From NCBI GenBank assembly GCA_038525315.1, contig JBCBHU010000003.1, positions 219,011 to 283,010 on the forward strand: a stretch of 64,000 nucleotides of DNA, written 5' to 3'. Made by a program: the position numbers and the translations under genes. The notes under the pieces were generated by a model. It searched no databases. It worked only from the letters and a program-made list of their open reading frames with translations, and was not told the DNA's origin. The DNA comes from Pseudomonadota bacterium. Its GTDB lineage: Bacteria; Pseudomonadota; Alphaproteobacteria; Rhizobiales; Rhizobiaceae. Positions 1 through 8,939 of this stretch are shown in pieces; position 1 is the stretch's first letter; the number at the start of each line of letters is the position of its first letter.

Positions 1-93
1 CAGCACCAGCGCAAGGGCAAGGACACCATGGCGAGTGGCCAACGCCATTCGATGAACCGCGTTTTTGGCTTGTTTAGTCGAAACGGAAGTCAT
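1..93 (-). CDS. bamA: 5' fragment of a probable outer membrane protein assembly factor BamA (runs off the window)
   Basis: Reverse strand from ATG at 93 reads MTSVSTKQAKNAVHRMALATRHGVLALALVL, which looks like a signal peptide. It lies directly downstream of rseP, where bamA normally sits. Identity rests on synteny only. Confidence 0.5.
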   Translation of the reverse strand, partial: MTSVSTKQAKNAVHRMALATRHGVLALALVL

Positions 94-326
94 TGAGCGC
101 TCTAGCTTTCAGAAATCTGTTGTAGCCCCGGAAAGGCCCGTAAAAAATATGATCACGAACCATGTCAGAATGTTACGCCACGCGGGCAGAATCCAACAAT
201 CTCGCTTTGTTTGTATAGGCTTTTTTTACCAGCGCAACTATGCTCGCGGAATGGTGTGAGCAATTTGTTTCCCCCTGTGTGAAAACGCAACACCAGATGG
301 GGCAATGGTAAATGAGGGGTTAATTT

Positions 327-1511
327 TCAGCCCGCAAACCCCAGCAATCGGCCCACATCATTGAAGGTTGCAAACAGCATCATGGCCAAAACACAGGCCA
401 AACCGATTCTAAATGCCATCTCCTGGGCATTCTCCGTCATGGCCCGTCCGCGCACCGCTTCCACCGCATAAAACATCAGGTGTCCCCCATCCAGCATGGG
501 CACCGGCAACAGGTTCATCAAGCCGATGCTCACCGAAAGGGCCGCCGCCAGCGACAGCAATTGCAACACCCCCAATGTGGCCACCTGGGATGTCATCTGG
601 CCAATGCCTATGGGCCCGCGCAGTTGGGAAGCATCCTGCTTGCCCACGATCAATTCGCGCACAAAGTGATAAGTCCTGCTGATGATCAGTCCAATATTGT
701 CGATGCTCTTCACAAAGGCATCCACCGGCCCCACCGAAAAGCGCACAATGGCCTCCGGGGATTGGTCCGGCCCAATGCCCAAAAGCCCCGTTTGGAAATC
801 GTTGCCAAACTGGTCCTTGCGCTTCGTCATGCGGGGAGAAGCCTCAATGGTTAGCTGTTCGCCCGCCCTTTCCACCACAAAGGACAATTGCCTGTCGGCA
901 CCCACCAGCGTGTAGCGGGAGATATCCTGAAAATCGTCAATGGGGTCCCCGTTAATGGAGATTACCCGATCACCAATCTGGAACCCCGCCTCTTCAGCCG
1001 CAGACGCCTCCGTGACTTTGCCGATCACCGGTTGGAGGCGAATATCACCGAAATACATCGTCAGACCGGTGTAAATGACGCTGGCAAGAATGAAATTGGC
1101 CAATGGGCCGGCGGCCACGATGGCGGCACGCCGCCAAAGCGCCTTTGTTTGAAAGGCCCCTTCCCGTTCATCCGCGCTGAGCCCTTCCAATTGTTCCGGG
1201 TCAGGCTGGCTCGCCGCGTTTTGGTCGCCCAAAAACTTCACGTATCCGCCCAGCGGTATGGCGCACAGTTTCCAGCGCGTGCCCTGCTTATCATGAAAGC
1301 CAAAAAGCTCCGGGCCGAAACCAACGGCAAAGGCTTCCACCCGCACCTTGTTCCACCGGGCCACCAGAAAATGGCCCAGCTCGTGAAAAAACACGACGAT
1401 GGTCAGCACGAAGACAAAAGGAACGATTTTGGTGAGCAAGAATGAAAACGGTGCCAGAATATCCATGAGGTGATCGATCTTTCCCGTTTCAGCACCCTTG
1501 GGCGCACTCAA
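327..1511 (-). CDS. rseP: RIP metalloprotease RseP (M50 family, PDZ domain)
   Basis: HELGH zinc motif, central PDZ-like region, C-terminal NLLPVPMLDGGH motif. Start is TTG 1511 or ATG 1466. Confidence 0.95.
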   Translation of the reverse strand: MSAPKGAETGKIDHLMDILAPFSFLLTKIVPFVFVLTIVVFFHELGHFLVARWNKVRVEAFAVGFGPELFGFHDKQGTRWKLCAIPLGGYVKFLGDQNAASQPDPEQLEGLSADEREGAFQTKALWRRAAIVAAGPLANFILASVIYTGLTMYFGDIRLQPVIGKVTEASAAEEAGFQIGDRVISINGDPIDDFQDISRYTLVGADRQLSFVVERAGEQLTIEASPRMTKRKDQFGNDFQTGLLGIGPDQSPEAIVRFSVGPVDAFVKSIDNIGLIISRTYHFVRELIVGKQDASQLRGPIGIGQMTSQVATLGVLQLLSLAAALSVSIGLMNLLPVPMLDGGHLMFYAVEAVRGRAMTENAQEMAFRIGLACVLAMMLFATFNDVGRLLGFAG

Positions 1512-1567
1512 ACTCTCTTAGGGCCACGGCGCTTTGAAACGCAACCGCTGGTCCAATTTATGGCAAA

Positions 1568-2377
1568 TTACAGATAAGGCGGGCTGACCAGCAGAATAAG
1601 CGCCATCAACAGGCTTGCCGTGATCAAACCATCCACCCGGTCCAGAAAGCCCCCATGGCCCGGAATGAGGTTGCTGGAGTCCTTGGTGTCAAACGCCCGT
1701 TTAACGCTGGATTCAAACAAATCTCCCGCCTGCGATGCCACGGACAGGATAATAGCAAACACCCAAGCGTAACCGGCTTTAAAGTCCGGCACGAAATACT
1801 GGAACAAAAGCCCCACAATCACCGCGCCGGCCAATCCCCCCAAGGCGCCAGACCATGTCTTTTTGGGCGAGACGGATTTCATCAGTTTTGGCCCGCCAAA
1901 CGCGCGGCCCACGAAATATCCGGCCACATCCGTTACCCAAACCACCAGAAACACGAACACCAAAAGCGCAAAACTGTGTTCACGGATAATCGGCAAAGCG
2001 AAAGCGGGAATGGCGCAATAAAGCGCGCCAAGCCCAATCCAGCGCACATCAGATTTTTCCTGCCCCTTGGCCGTCAACTCCAATATCAAGCCAAGGCCGA
2101 GGAATAACCCAAGGCCCCACCAGGGAAGGCCCAGGAGGATGAGCAGCAAAAGAGCCGCAAAACCGAGGGTGAGTACAATTTCCGTGCCATCAAATGGCGT
2201 CTGCCGAACGAGCGCCTGCCACTCGTAATACAGCACCGCCGCCAGAGCCAAAGAAAGCAGCACCAGCGCCACATCGCCAAACCAACTGATCGTCAGAACG
2301 ACGAACAAAAGCACGATGGCGGACACAATGCGCAGCCCCAGTTCAGAGGCAAAAAAAGTGCGGCTGGCTTGGCTCAT
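1568..2377 (-). CDS. cdsA: Phosphatidate cytidylyltransferase
   Basis: Multi-TM protein with SPKKTWSG and GDLFESSVKRAFDTKDSSNLIPGHGGFLDRVDG signature. Start taken at ATG 2377 (MSQASR). Confidence 0.95.
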   Translation of the reverse strand: MSQASRTFFASELGLRIVSAIVLLFVVLTISWFGDVALVLLSLALAAVLYYEWQALVRQTPFDGTEIVLTLGFAALLLLILLGLPWWGLGLFLGLGLILELTAKGQEKSDVRWIGLGALYCAIPAFALPIIREHSFALLVFVFLVVWVTDVAGYFVGRAFGGPKLMKSVSPKKTWSGALGGLAGAVIVGLLFQYFVPDFKAGYAWVFAIILSVASQAGDLFESSVKRAFDTKDSSNLIPGHGGFLDRVDGLITASLLMALILLVSPPYL

Positions 2378-2449
2378 GAAATCGTCCAGGTGGGTGAGCG
2401 TGCAAAAGGCTCTAGCGGCCAATCGTTAAATTTGCAGATAAAAACGGGA

Positions 2450-3220
2450 TCAGGCGCGGCGCTGGGCCCCATCGCCCGCCACAAGACCCCCAAAACGGCG
2501 GGTGCGGCGGTTAAACTGCGCCACCGCTTCTTCCAGATGGGTCCGCTCAAAATCTGGCCACAGGCAATCCAGAAAAACAAATTCCGAGTATGCCGCCTGC
2601 CACAACAAAAAGTTGGACAAGCGCTGCTCGCCGGAGGTGCGGATAATCAAATCCGGGTCCGCCCAATCGGCAGTATCTAAATGGCCGCTGATCATGTGTT
2701 CGTCGATTTGGTCGGAGCGTAATTCGCCGTCTTCCACCCGCCGTGCAATGGCCTGCGCCACGCGGGCCATCTCATCGCGCGCGCCGTAGTTGAAGGCGAT
2801 GACGAGACGCGTATTGGTATTGGCCCGGGTGAGATTTTCCGCCTCCTCCAGCAGACGCAAAATATCCTCCGGCACGTTGTGCCGGGCACCAATGATGGAG
2901 ATGCGCACGCCTTCCTTGTGCAAATCTGCCAGATCACGGCGAATGAAGAATTTCAGCAGGCGCAGAAGCTCGTTCACTTCCGACTTCGGGCGGTTCCAGT
3001 TTTCCGAAGAAAAGGCAAAAAGCGTAAGCGTTTTAATGCCCATCTCGCCGGCCGCGCGCACGGCGCGACGCACGGCCTCCACGCCCTTCCGGTGGCCTTG
3101 AGAACGCGGCAGACCGCGGCTTGTGGCCCAGCGCCCATTGCCGTCCATGATGATGGCCACATGGTCAGGCGCGTTCAAGGCACCTTCTTGAGGTTCAAAT
3201 TCTGCCGCCATGATCAGCAC
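2450..3220 (-). CDS. uppS: Undecaprenyl diphosphate synthase (isoprenyl transferase)
   Basis: [22 protein letters not shown] and [26 protein letters not shown] motifs. Confidence 0.97.
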   Translation of the reverse strand: MLIMAAEFEPQEGALNAPDHVAIIMDGNGRWATSRGLPRSQGHRKGVEAVRRAVRAAGEMGIKTLTLFAFSSENWNRPKSEVNELLRLLKFFIRRDLADLHKEGVRISIIGARHNVPEDILRLLEEAENLTRANTNTRLVIAFNYGARDEMARVAQAIARRVEDGELRSDQIDEHMISGHLDTADWADPDLIIRTSGEQRLSNFLLWQAAYSEFVFLDCLWPDFERTHLEEAVAQFNRRTRRFGGLVAGDGAQRRA

Positions 3221-3303
3221 ATCCCTTGCGTGTTGTCTGTGCCCCTTGGCCCGACATGAACGGACCCGCCCTAATTCTTCGTTAGCCCCAGGATAAGCCT
3301 GGG

Positions 3304-3864
3304 CTAGACCTGCATGATTTCGGCTTCTTTATTAGCAAGCACCTTGTCCACGTCGCTCACCATTTCATCGGTCATTTTCTGCACTTTGTCTGAGGATGCG
3401 CGCGCGTCGTCCTGGCCGATTTCCTTGTCCTTCTCAGCCTTTTTCAGGCTTTCCATGGCGTCCCGGCGCACGTGGCGGATGGCCACTTTGGCATCTTCCG
3501 CATAGCCCTTGGCAACCTTTACGAGCTCACGGCGGCGTTCTTCGTTGAGGTCCGGCATGGGAATGCGCAGGTTTTGCCCGTCAATCACAGGGTTCAGGCC
3601 AAGGCCAGCCTCGCGGATAGCCTTGTCCACTGGCCCCACCATGCTCTTGTCCCAAATCTGCACCGTGATCAGCTTGGGCTCCGGGGCACCCACATTGGCC
3701 ACCTGATTGATGGGCATTTTCTGCCCATAGGCATCCACCATCACCGGCTCCAAAATAGCGGCGGAGGCGCGGCCCGTGCGCAGACCTGCCAAATCCTTGT
3801 TCAGGGAGCCCACGGCCCCCTCCATGCGCTTTTTCAATGCTGCCAGATCAATGCCATCGGCCAT
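3304..3864 (-). CDS. frr: Ribosome recycling factor
   Basis: LRTGRAS...[13 protein letters not shown] motifs; position between pyrH and uppS. Start ATG 3864 (MADGIDL). Confidence 0.97.
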   Translation of the reverse strand: MADGIDLAALKKRMEGAVGSLNKDLAGLRTGRASAAILEPVMVDAYGQKMPINQVANVGAPEPKLITVQIWDKSMVGPVDKAIREAGLGLNPVIDGQNLRIPMPDLNEERRRELVKVAKGYAEDAKVAIRHVRRDAMESLKKAEKDKEIGQDDARASSDKVQKMTDEMVSDVDKVLANKEAEIMQV

Positions 3865-3912
3865 GTCTTCGTCCTCTTTATCATCCGCAAAAGCGAAAAA
3901 ATTGCTTTTCAA

Positions 3913-4632
3913 TCAGGTGCTGCTCACCCGGGTAAAGCGGCCCTGCCCTTGCAGAACACGCGCCAATTCTCCCGGTTTGTGAATGGAAAAAACAACAATA
4001 TCAATACTGTTGTCCTGCGCCAGCGATACGGCCGACGCATCCATAATGCCCAGCCTTTTTTCCAAAATATCCTTATGGGTCAGCGCGTCATAACGCTCGG
4101 CATTTTTGTCCTTTTTGGGGTCGGCGGAATAAATGCCGTCCACCTGCGTGCCTTTGAAAATAGCGTCCGCCTGAAATTCCGCCGCCCGCAAGGCCGCCGC
4201 CGTGTCAGACGTGAAGTAGGGAGACCCAATCCCGCCGGCAAAGATGACGATATCCCCCCGGTCCCGCGCCTCCCGCAGCCCGCGCTGGGTAAACGTGTCA
4301 CACACTTGGGGCACCGCGAGGCCAGAAAGCACCGTGGCAGGCACGCCTTTGTCCTCAAACGCCATGCGCAACGAAAGAGCGTTCATCACAATGGCCAACA
4401 TGCCCATGTGGTCGCCCGTCACCCGATCAGCGCCCTTGGATGCCAGCGCCACACCGCGAAAGATGTTGCCGCCCCCCACAACCAATGCCATGGACACACC
4501 CAAATCGCGGGCGGCAATCACATCATCCACCACCCGTGCCACCATGGCCGGGTCGATGCCGAAGGACTGCTCCCCCATCAGCGCTTCGCCGGAAATTTTG
4601 TAGAGAATACGGTGGTAGGCGGGTTGGCCCAT
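3913..4632 (-). CDS. pyrH: UMP kinase
   Basis: YKISGEAL, VVGGGNIFRG, DHMGMLA and GTQVDGIYSADP motifs. Confidence 0.97.
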   Translation of the reverse strand: MGQPAYHRILYKISGEALMGEQSFGIDPAMVARVVDDVIAARDLGVSMALVVGGGNIFRGVALASKGADRVTGDHMGMLAIVMNALSLRMAFEDKGVPATVLSGLAVPQVCDTFTQRGLREARDRGDIVIFAGGIGSPYFTSDTAAALRAAEFQADAIFKGTQVDGIYSADPKKDKNAERYDALTHKDILEKRLGIMDASAVSLAQDNSIDIVVFSIHKPGELARVLQGQGRFTRVSST

Positions 4633-4753
4633 CGAATCCTGCCAAACGGCCCATCGTTCAAAGTCGTGACTGAATACACAATGGGTCCGACGTTGTCACG
4701 CCACGAGCGGTTAAACGCTTTTTGGGACCAGAGAATTAGCAACCAACTCCATT

Positions 4754-4883
4754 GTCATTCCCGCAACAGCGGCAATCCATTTTTCCAATCGCATATTGTC
4801 TTTGTGGCAAGCCCTTGGGCCAAACACATCAACATCCACATTGCGCAAGCTGATGAATGGGTCCCCGCCTGCGCGGGGATGAC
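4754..4883. repeat. CGTC/GTCAT-tagged REP-like paired palindrome
   Basis: gtcattcccgcaacagcggcaatcca (4754-4779) faces tgggtccccgcctgcgcggggatgac (4858-4883). Each half is a hairpin and the two halves are inverted copies. Confidence 0.75.
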
Positions 4884-4916
4884 AGTGAGAGAGGGTTAGG
4901 CGCGATAGAGATACTC

Positions 4917-4951
4917 AAACAAAAAGACCGCGCAGCTTGCGCCGCGCGGCC
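4917..4951 (-). terminator. Rho-independent terminator after tsf
   Basis: Minus strand reads gccgcgcggc-gcaa-gctgcgcggt followed by ctttttgtttg. Confidence 0.7.
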
Positions 4952-4975
4952 CTCGTAAAACCATACTGAAACCAA

Positions 4976-5896
4976 TCAGTCTTTTTTATTCATCGCAGCC
5001 ACTTCGGCGGCGAAATCGTCTTCTTCTTTTTCAATGCCTTCACCCAGCTGGAAGCGGGTAAAGCCTTTGAAGTTGATGGGAGCGCCCACATCACCTTCGG
5101 CGTTCTTGATGGCTTGTTCCACCGTGTTCTCACCGTCGATCACAAAGGTCTGGGAGAGCAGCACGTTTTCTTGGAAAAATTTGCGGATACGACCTTCCAC
5201 CATTTTTTCAATAATGTTGTCGGGCTTGCCGGACTCGCGGGCGGATTCCACGAAGATCGCCTTCTCGCGCTCGACCACTTCGGGGTCCATATCTTCCTTG
5301 GTGGCGGCCAGCGGGTTCGTGGCGGCCACATGCATGGCCACCTGACGACCGATGGCGGAAAGAGCGGCTTTGTCACCGGAGGATTCCAGCGCCACCAGAA
5401 CACCGATTTTACCGAGGCCATCGGCAATTGCGTTGTGCATGTAAGAAGCCACCACACCGTCGGAGACTTCCATCACCGCCGCGCGCCGCAGGCTCATGTT
5501 TTCACCGATCGTGGCGATGGCTTCCGTGATGTTCTCAGAAACGGGCTTGCCGTTCAAATCAGCCGCGTTTACCGCATCCACAGAACCGTCCGTGCCCAGC
5601 GCCACTTCCGCCAGCGATGCAGCCAGTTCCTTGAACTTGTCATTGCGAGAGGCAAAGTCCGTCTCGGCATTGAATTCCACGATGGAAGCCTTGGTGCCTT
5701 CGGACTTCACGGAAACAAGACCCTCAGCCGCCGTGCGGCCGGATTTCTTGTCAGCTTTGGCAATGCCCTTGGCGCGCAGCCAGTCGATGGCGGCTTCCAC
5801 GTCACCATTGGTTTCGTTAAGCGCGTTTTTGCAATCCATCATACCTGCGCCGGTTTTCTCGCGCAGTTCTTTCACCATTGATGCTGAAATAGCCAT
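4976..5896 (-). CDS. tsf: Elongation factor Ts
   Basis: [27 protein letters not shown] and ETDFASRN motifs; follows rpsB. Confidence 0.98.
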   Translation of the reverse strand: MAISASMVKELREKTGAGMMDCKNALNETNGDVEAAIDWLRAKGIAKADKKSGRTAAEGLVSVKSEGTKASIVEFNAETDFASRNDKFKELAASLAEVALGTDGSVDAVNAADLNGKPVSENITEAIATIGENMSLRRAAVMEVSDGVVASYMHNAIADGLGKIGVLVALESSGDKAALSAIGRQVAMHVAATNPLAATKEDMDPEVVEREKAIFVESARESGKPDNIIEKMVEGRIRKFFQENVLLSQTFVIDGENTVEQAIKNAEGDVGAPINFKGFTRFQLGEGIEKEEDDFAAEVAAMNKKD

Positions 5897-5949
5897 GGTT
5901 CAAACCTTTCTATTGGGCCGCATTTCTTGGGAACCGGCCACCATCTTGT

Positions 5950-5987
5950 AAAGGGAAAAGGCAAGGCCCCCGCCGCGGGAGCCTTGC
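5950..5987 (-). terminator. Possible attenuator/terminator hairpin between rpsB and tsf
   Basis: gcaaggc...gccttgc stem followed on the minus strand by cttttcccttt. Confidence 0.4.
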
Positions 5988-6046
5988 GCGTTGTATGCGT
6001 CAAATGGGTGACAACCCAGCCCTTTCAAGGGCAGGGAAAAGCCAGC

Positions 6047-7222
6047 CTATTTGATGAGTTCTTTGGCCTGGGCCTGCCAGTCCTGAATCTGGGCCGTGGA
6101 GAAGGGCATGTAATCATCCACCTTCTGGATTTCCTCCGCCGTCAGTTCGGCGATCTGTTTCCATGTGGTGATACCCTGCTCGTTCAACTGGGTTTCAGCC
6201 ACGGGGCCGATGCCGTTGATCTTTTTCAGGTCTTCCTTGTCGCCCTCAGGGGCGGTGAACAGAGGGCCGGATGGCGCTTCACCACCGCCCACGGTATCCT
6301 TCGCCCCTTCCACAACAGCTTCCGTCACGCCGGAAACCGTTTCTGCAACGGAGGCGGCAGCCGCAGAGATGGCATCCGTAGCTGGAGCCGCCATTTCAGC
6401 AGCGCTGGCAGCGGCAGCGGAAATGGCATCCGTTGCCGTATCAGCAGCACCGGCGGCAGCAGACGTGGTGGCTTCCAAAATGGTCTCCTGCGGAGCCTCA
6501 GCTTGCGCACCCAGATCGACACCGGAAGCGCCTTGCTGGCGGGCGATGCCGTCAATGGCGGCCTTGGCCACAAGATCACAGTAAAGCGCGATGGCGCGGG
6601 AAGCGTCATCATTGCCCGGGATCGGCAGGTCCACATTGGCCGTATCGGAATTGGAATCCAAAATGGCGCAAACGGGAATCTTCAGCTTCGTGGCTTCCTG
6701 GATAGCGATAGCCTCTTTGTTCGTGTCGATCACGAAGATGAGGTCCGGCGTGCCGCCCATGTCCTTGATGCCGCCCAGAGCGCGTTCCAGCTTGTCGCGC
6801 TCGCGGGTCAGTTTCAGCAGTTCTTTCTTTTTGAAGCCCTGCCCTTCACCGGCCAGCAGCTCTTCCAGTTCGCGTAAGCGCTTGATAGAATTGGAAATCG
6901 TCTTCCAGTTGGTGAGCATACCGCCCAGCCAACGGGCGTTCACGTAATATTGCGCGGAACGGCGGGCGGCATCGGCCACCTGCTCAGAAGCGGTGCGCTT
7001 GGTGCCCACGAACAACACGCGACCGCCCCGGGCCACAGTGTCGGAAATCTGCTTCAGCGCTTGGTGCAGCAGCGGCACGGTCTGGGACAGATCAATGATG
7101 TGAATGTTATTGCGCTTGCCGAAGATGTAACGGTCCATCTTCGGGTTCCAGCGGTGGGTCTGGTGACCAAAATGGGCGCCTGCTTCAAGCAGATCGCGCA
7201 TGGAAAAATCGGGCAAAGCCAT
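6047..7222 (-). CDS. rpsB: 30S ribosomal protein S2 with long C-terminal extension (Ala-rich linker + HhH-like domain)
   Basis: [32 protein letters not shown] and [11 protein letters not shown] motifs. About 150 extra C-terminal residues include [10 protein letters not shown]. Confidence 0.97.
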   Translation of the reverse strand: MALPDFSMRDLLEAGAHFGHQTHRWNPKMDRYIFGKRNNIHIIDLSQTVPLLHQALKQISDTVARGGRVLFVGTKRTASEQVADAARRSAQYYVNARWLGGMLTNWKTISNSIKRLRELEELLAGEGQGFKKKELLKLTRERDKLERALGGIKDMGGTPDLIFVIDTNKEAIAIQEATKLKIPVCAILDSNSDTANVDLPIPGNDDASRAIALYCDLVAKAAIDGIARQQGASGVDLGAQAEAPQETILEATTSAAAGAADTATDAISAAAASAAEMAAPATDAISAAAASVAETVSGVTEAVVEGAKDTVGGGEAPSGPLFTAPEGDKEDLKKINGIGPVAETQLNEQGITTWKQIAELTAEEIQKVDDYMPFSTAQIQDWQAQAKELIK

Positions 7223-7385
7223 GGCTCGCGTCTCCTGTTTACCGGTTGGGTCCTAAACGCGGAAAAGAACGGTCCCAACGGAAAAGGGGACCGCACCGGA
7301 AGTGCTGGTCGATGCCATGTTATCGCTAACTCGGGGCTGAGCGGGTGTGAAAACCCGTGACCACCACGCATCCGCGTGTGGAATG
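7223..7385 (-). promoter_or_regulatory. Structured rpsB 5' leader (probable S2 autoregulatory element)
   Basis: Minus strand has cccacacgcg near the 5' end, internal hairpins (e.g. ggtccc-N-gggacc) and aaccggtaaacaggag before the ATG. A tataag -10-like hexamer lies just upstream. Autoregulation of the rpsB-tsf leader is established in proteobacteria; the exact model was not checked. Confidence 0.45.
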
Positions 7386-7425
7386 GCGCGGCTTATACAA
7401 CATCCGCGCTCCATTGCAACCCGTC

Positions 7426-8328
7426 TTAGCCAGCCCGGCTTTTGCTATCTCTCCACGCCAGAATAATGCCGCTGATGATGATGATCAGACCACCTAACAG
7501 GCTCAACGGAACCGGGACGACATCAAACAAAATGAGATCATACAGCGCCGCAAATATCAGCGTGGCATAGGAAAAGGGCAGCACGAAACTGGCGTCTCCA
7601 ATACGCAGCGCGTTGGTGTAAAAACCTTGGGCCGTCACCATCAAAACGCCAGTTGCTACCATAAGCATCCATTGTGGAGGCGTTGGCCACTGCCAGCCGA
7701 ACACCAGCGCCACCGTCGCAAAAAGCGCTCCCAGGGCATTGGCGATCAGCACGACCTGAAACGCCCCTTCCCGTCCGGCCAGCAATTTCAGGGCAATCAC
7801 TTCCACGCCCATCAGCAGTGCCGCCAGCAGCGCGATGAGCGCAGCCGGCTGGAAAGTGCTGGCCCCCGGACGGATCAACAGAAGGGCACCAAACAAAGCC
7901 AGCGCCGCCATACTCCAGCGAATGAGGCCAATGCGCTCCGCCAAGATTGGAATGGCCAAAAGCATGGCGATGACCGGGTTCAAAAAGGAAATGGCGGTGG
8001 CATCGGCCAGTGGAATAAGGGCGGCCGCCGCAAACATGCAGGTGACCCCGGCTGCCCCACAGCCCACCCGCAAAACGTGCAAGGGCCATTGGGGCGCGCT
8101 GAAATGCGGGCGCACCACCGTCGCCACCAACAACAGCGCTAACAGGCCAAAGACATAGCGCCCCCAGGTCACCTGAAAGGCTGAAAGCGCGCCCTCCCCC
8201 GTTCCCAGCATTTTTGCGCACAAGGTAGAGGCGGCCACAAAGGCGCTGGCCAGCAAGATGAGGCCCGCCCCGGCGATGGGGTTGCCCTTTTTGCCTTGCG
8301 AAACCGCAACCGCGGGCGGCGCGCTCAC
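7426..8328 (-). CDS. DMT/EamA family transporter
   Basis: About 10 hydrophobic helices in two EamA-like halves (LADATAISFLNP...; ASFVLPFSYATLIFA). GTG start at 8328 overlaps the upstream stop (GTGA). Confidence 0.85.
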   Translation of the reverse strand: MSAPPAVAVSQGKKGNPIAGAGLILLASAFVAASTLCAKMLGTGEGALSAFQVTWGRYVFGLLALLLVATVVRPHFSAPQWPLHVLRVGCGAAGVTCMFAAAALIPLADATAISFLNPVIAMLLAIPILAERIGLIRWSMAALALFGALLLIRPGASTFQPAALIALLAALLMGVEVIALKLLAGREGAFQVVLIANALGALFATVALVFGWQWPTPPQWMLMVATGVLMVTAQGFYTNALRIGDASFVLPFSYATLIFAALYDLILFDVVPVPLSLLGGLIIIISGIILAWRDSKSRAG

Positions 8329-8936
8329 GCCCCACCTGCCCATTTGCGCCAGACAATAAACTGATTGTTGGAAGGCATGGGGGCATCATGCACCAGCACA
8401 AGACCTTGCGCCTGGGCCAAAGCATCCACTTCCTCAAAATCCCGAATACCAGCGCCCGAATAGCGCTCGCCCAGAAAATGGTTGAACTCTTCATTGCTGG
8501 GCGTGGTGAATGCCCCGCCATATTTGAACGGGCCATAAAGCATCATTTTGCCGTTGGGCTTCAAGGCGCTGGCTGCCCCTTTGACGTAGGGCGCAAGGTT
8601 CTCATGCGGCATCACATGAATACAATTGGCGCTATAGACGGCATCAAAGCCAACGGCGTTGTCGGGCCAGGCCGTCACGTCCAGTTCCGAGGGCGCGGGC
8701 AGATTGGTAAGCCCAGCCGCTTCAACAGCTTGCTCCAAACCGTATTCAGCAAGATCACGATCAGTCGTTTGCCAGGTTATATGGGGAAGCGCCGCTGCAA
8801 AATGCAACGCATGTTGCGCCGTGCCGGAGGCCACCTCCAACACACGCGCCCGCTTGGGCAAATGCAGCCGCAACTGCTCCAATATGATCTCTTTGTTGCG
8901 ATAAGCAGCGGCGCTAAAATGGGGTTGTTGCGCCAT
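8325..8936 (-). CDS. DUF938-type class I SAM-dependent methyltransferase
   Basis: VLEVASGTAQH motif I, SANCIH, YGPFKYGG, GIRDFE and MPSNN motifs typical of DUF938. Confidence 0.8.
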   Translation of the reverse strand: MAQQPHFSAAAYRNKEIILEQLRLHLPKRARVLEVASGTAQHALHFAAALPHITWQTTDRDLAEYGLEQAVEAAGLTNLPAPSELDVTAWPDNAVGFDAVYSANCIHVMPHENLAPYVKGAASALKPNGKMMLYGPFKYGGAFTTPSNEEFNHFLGERYSGAGIRDFEEVDALAQAQGLVLVHDAPMPSNNQFIVWRKWAGGA

Positions 8937-8939
8937 GGC

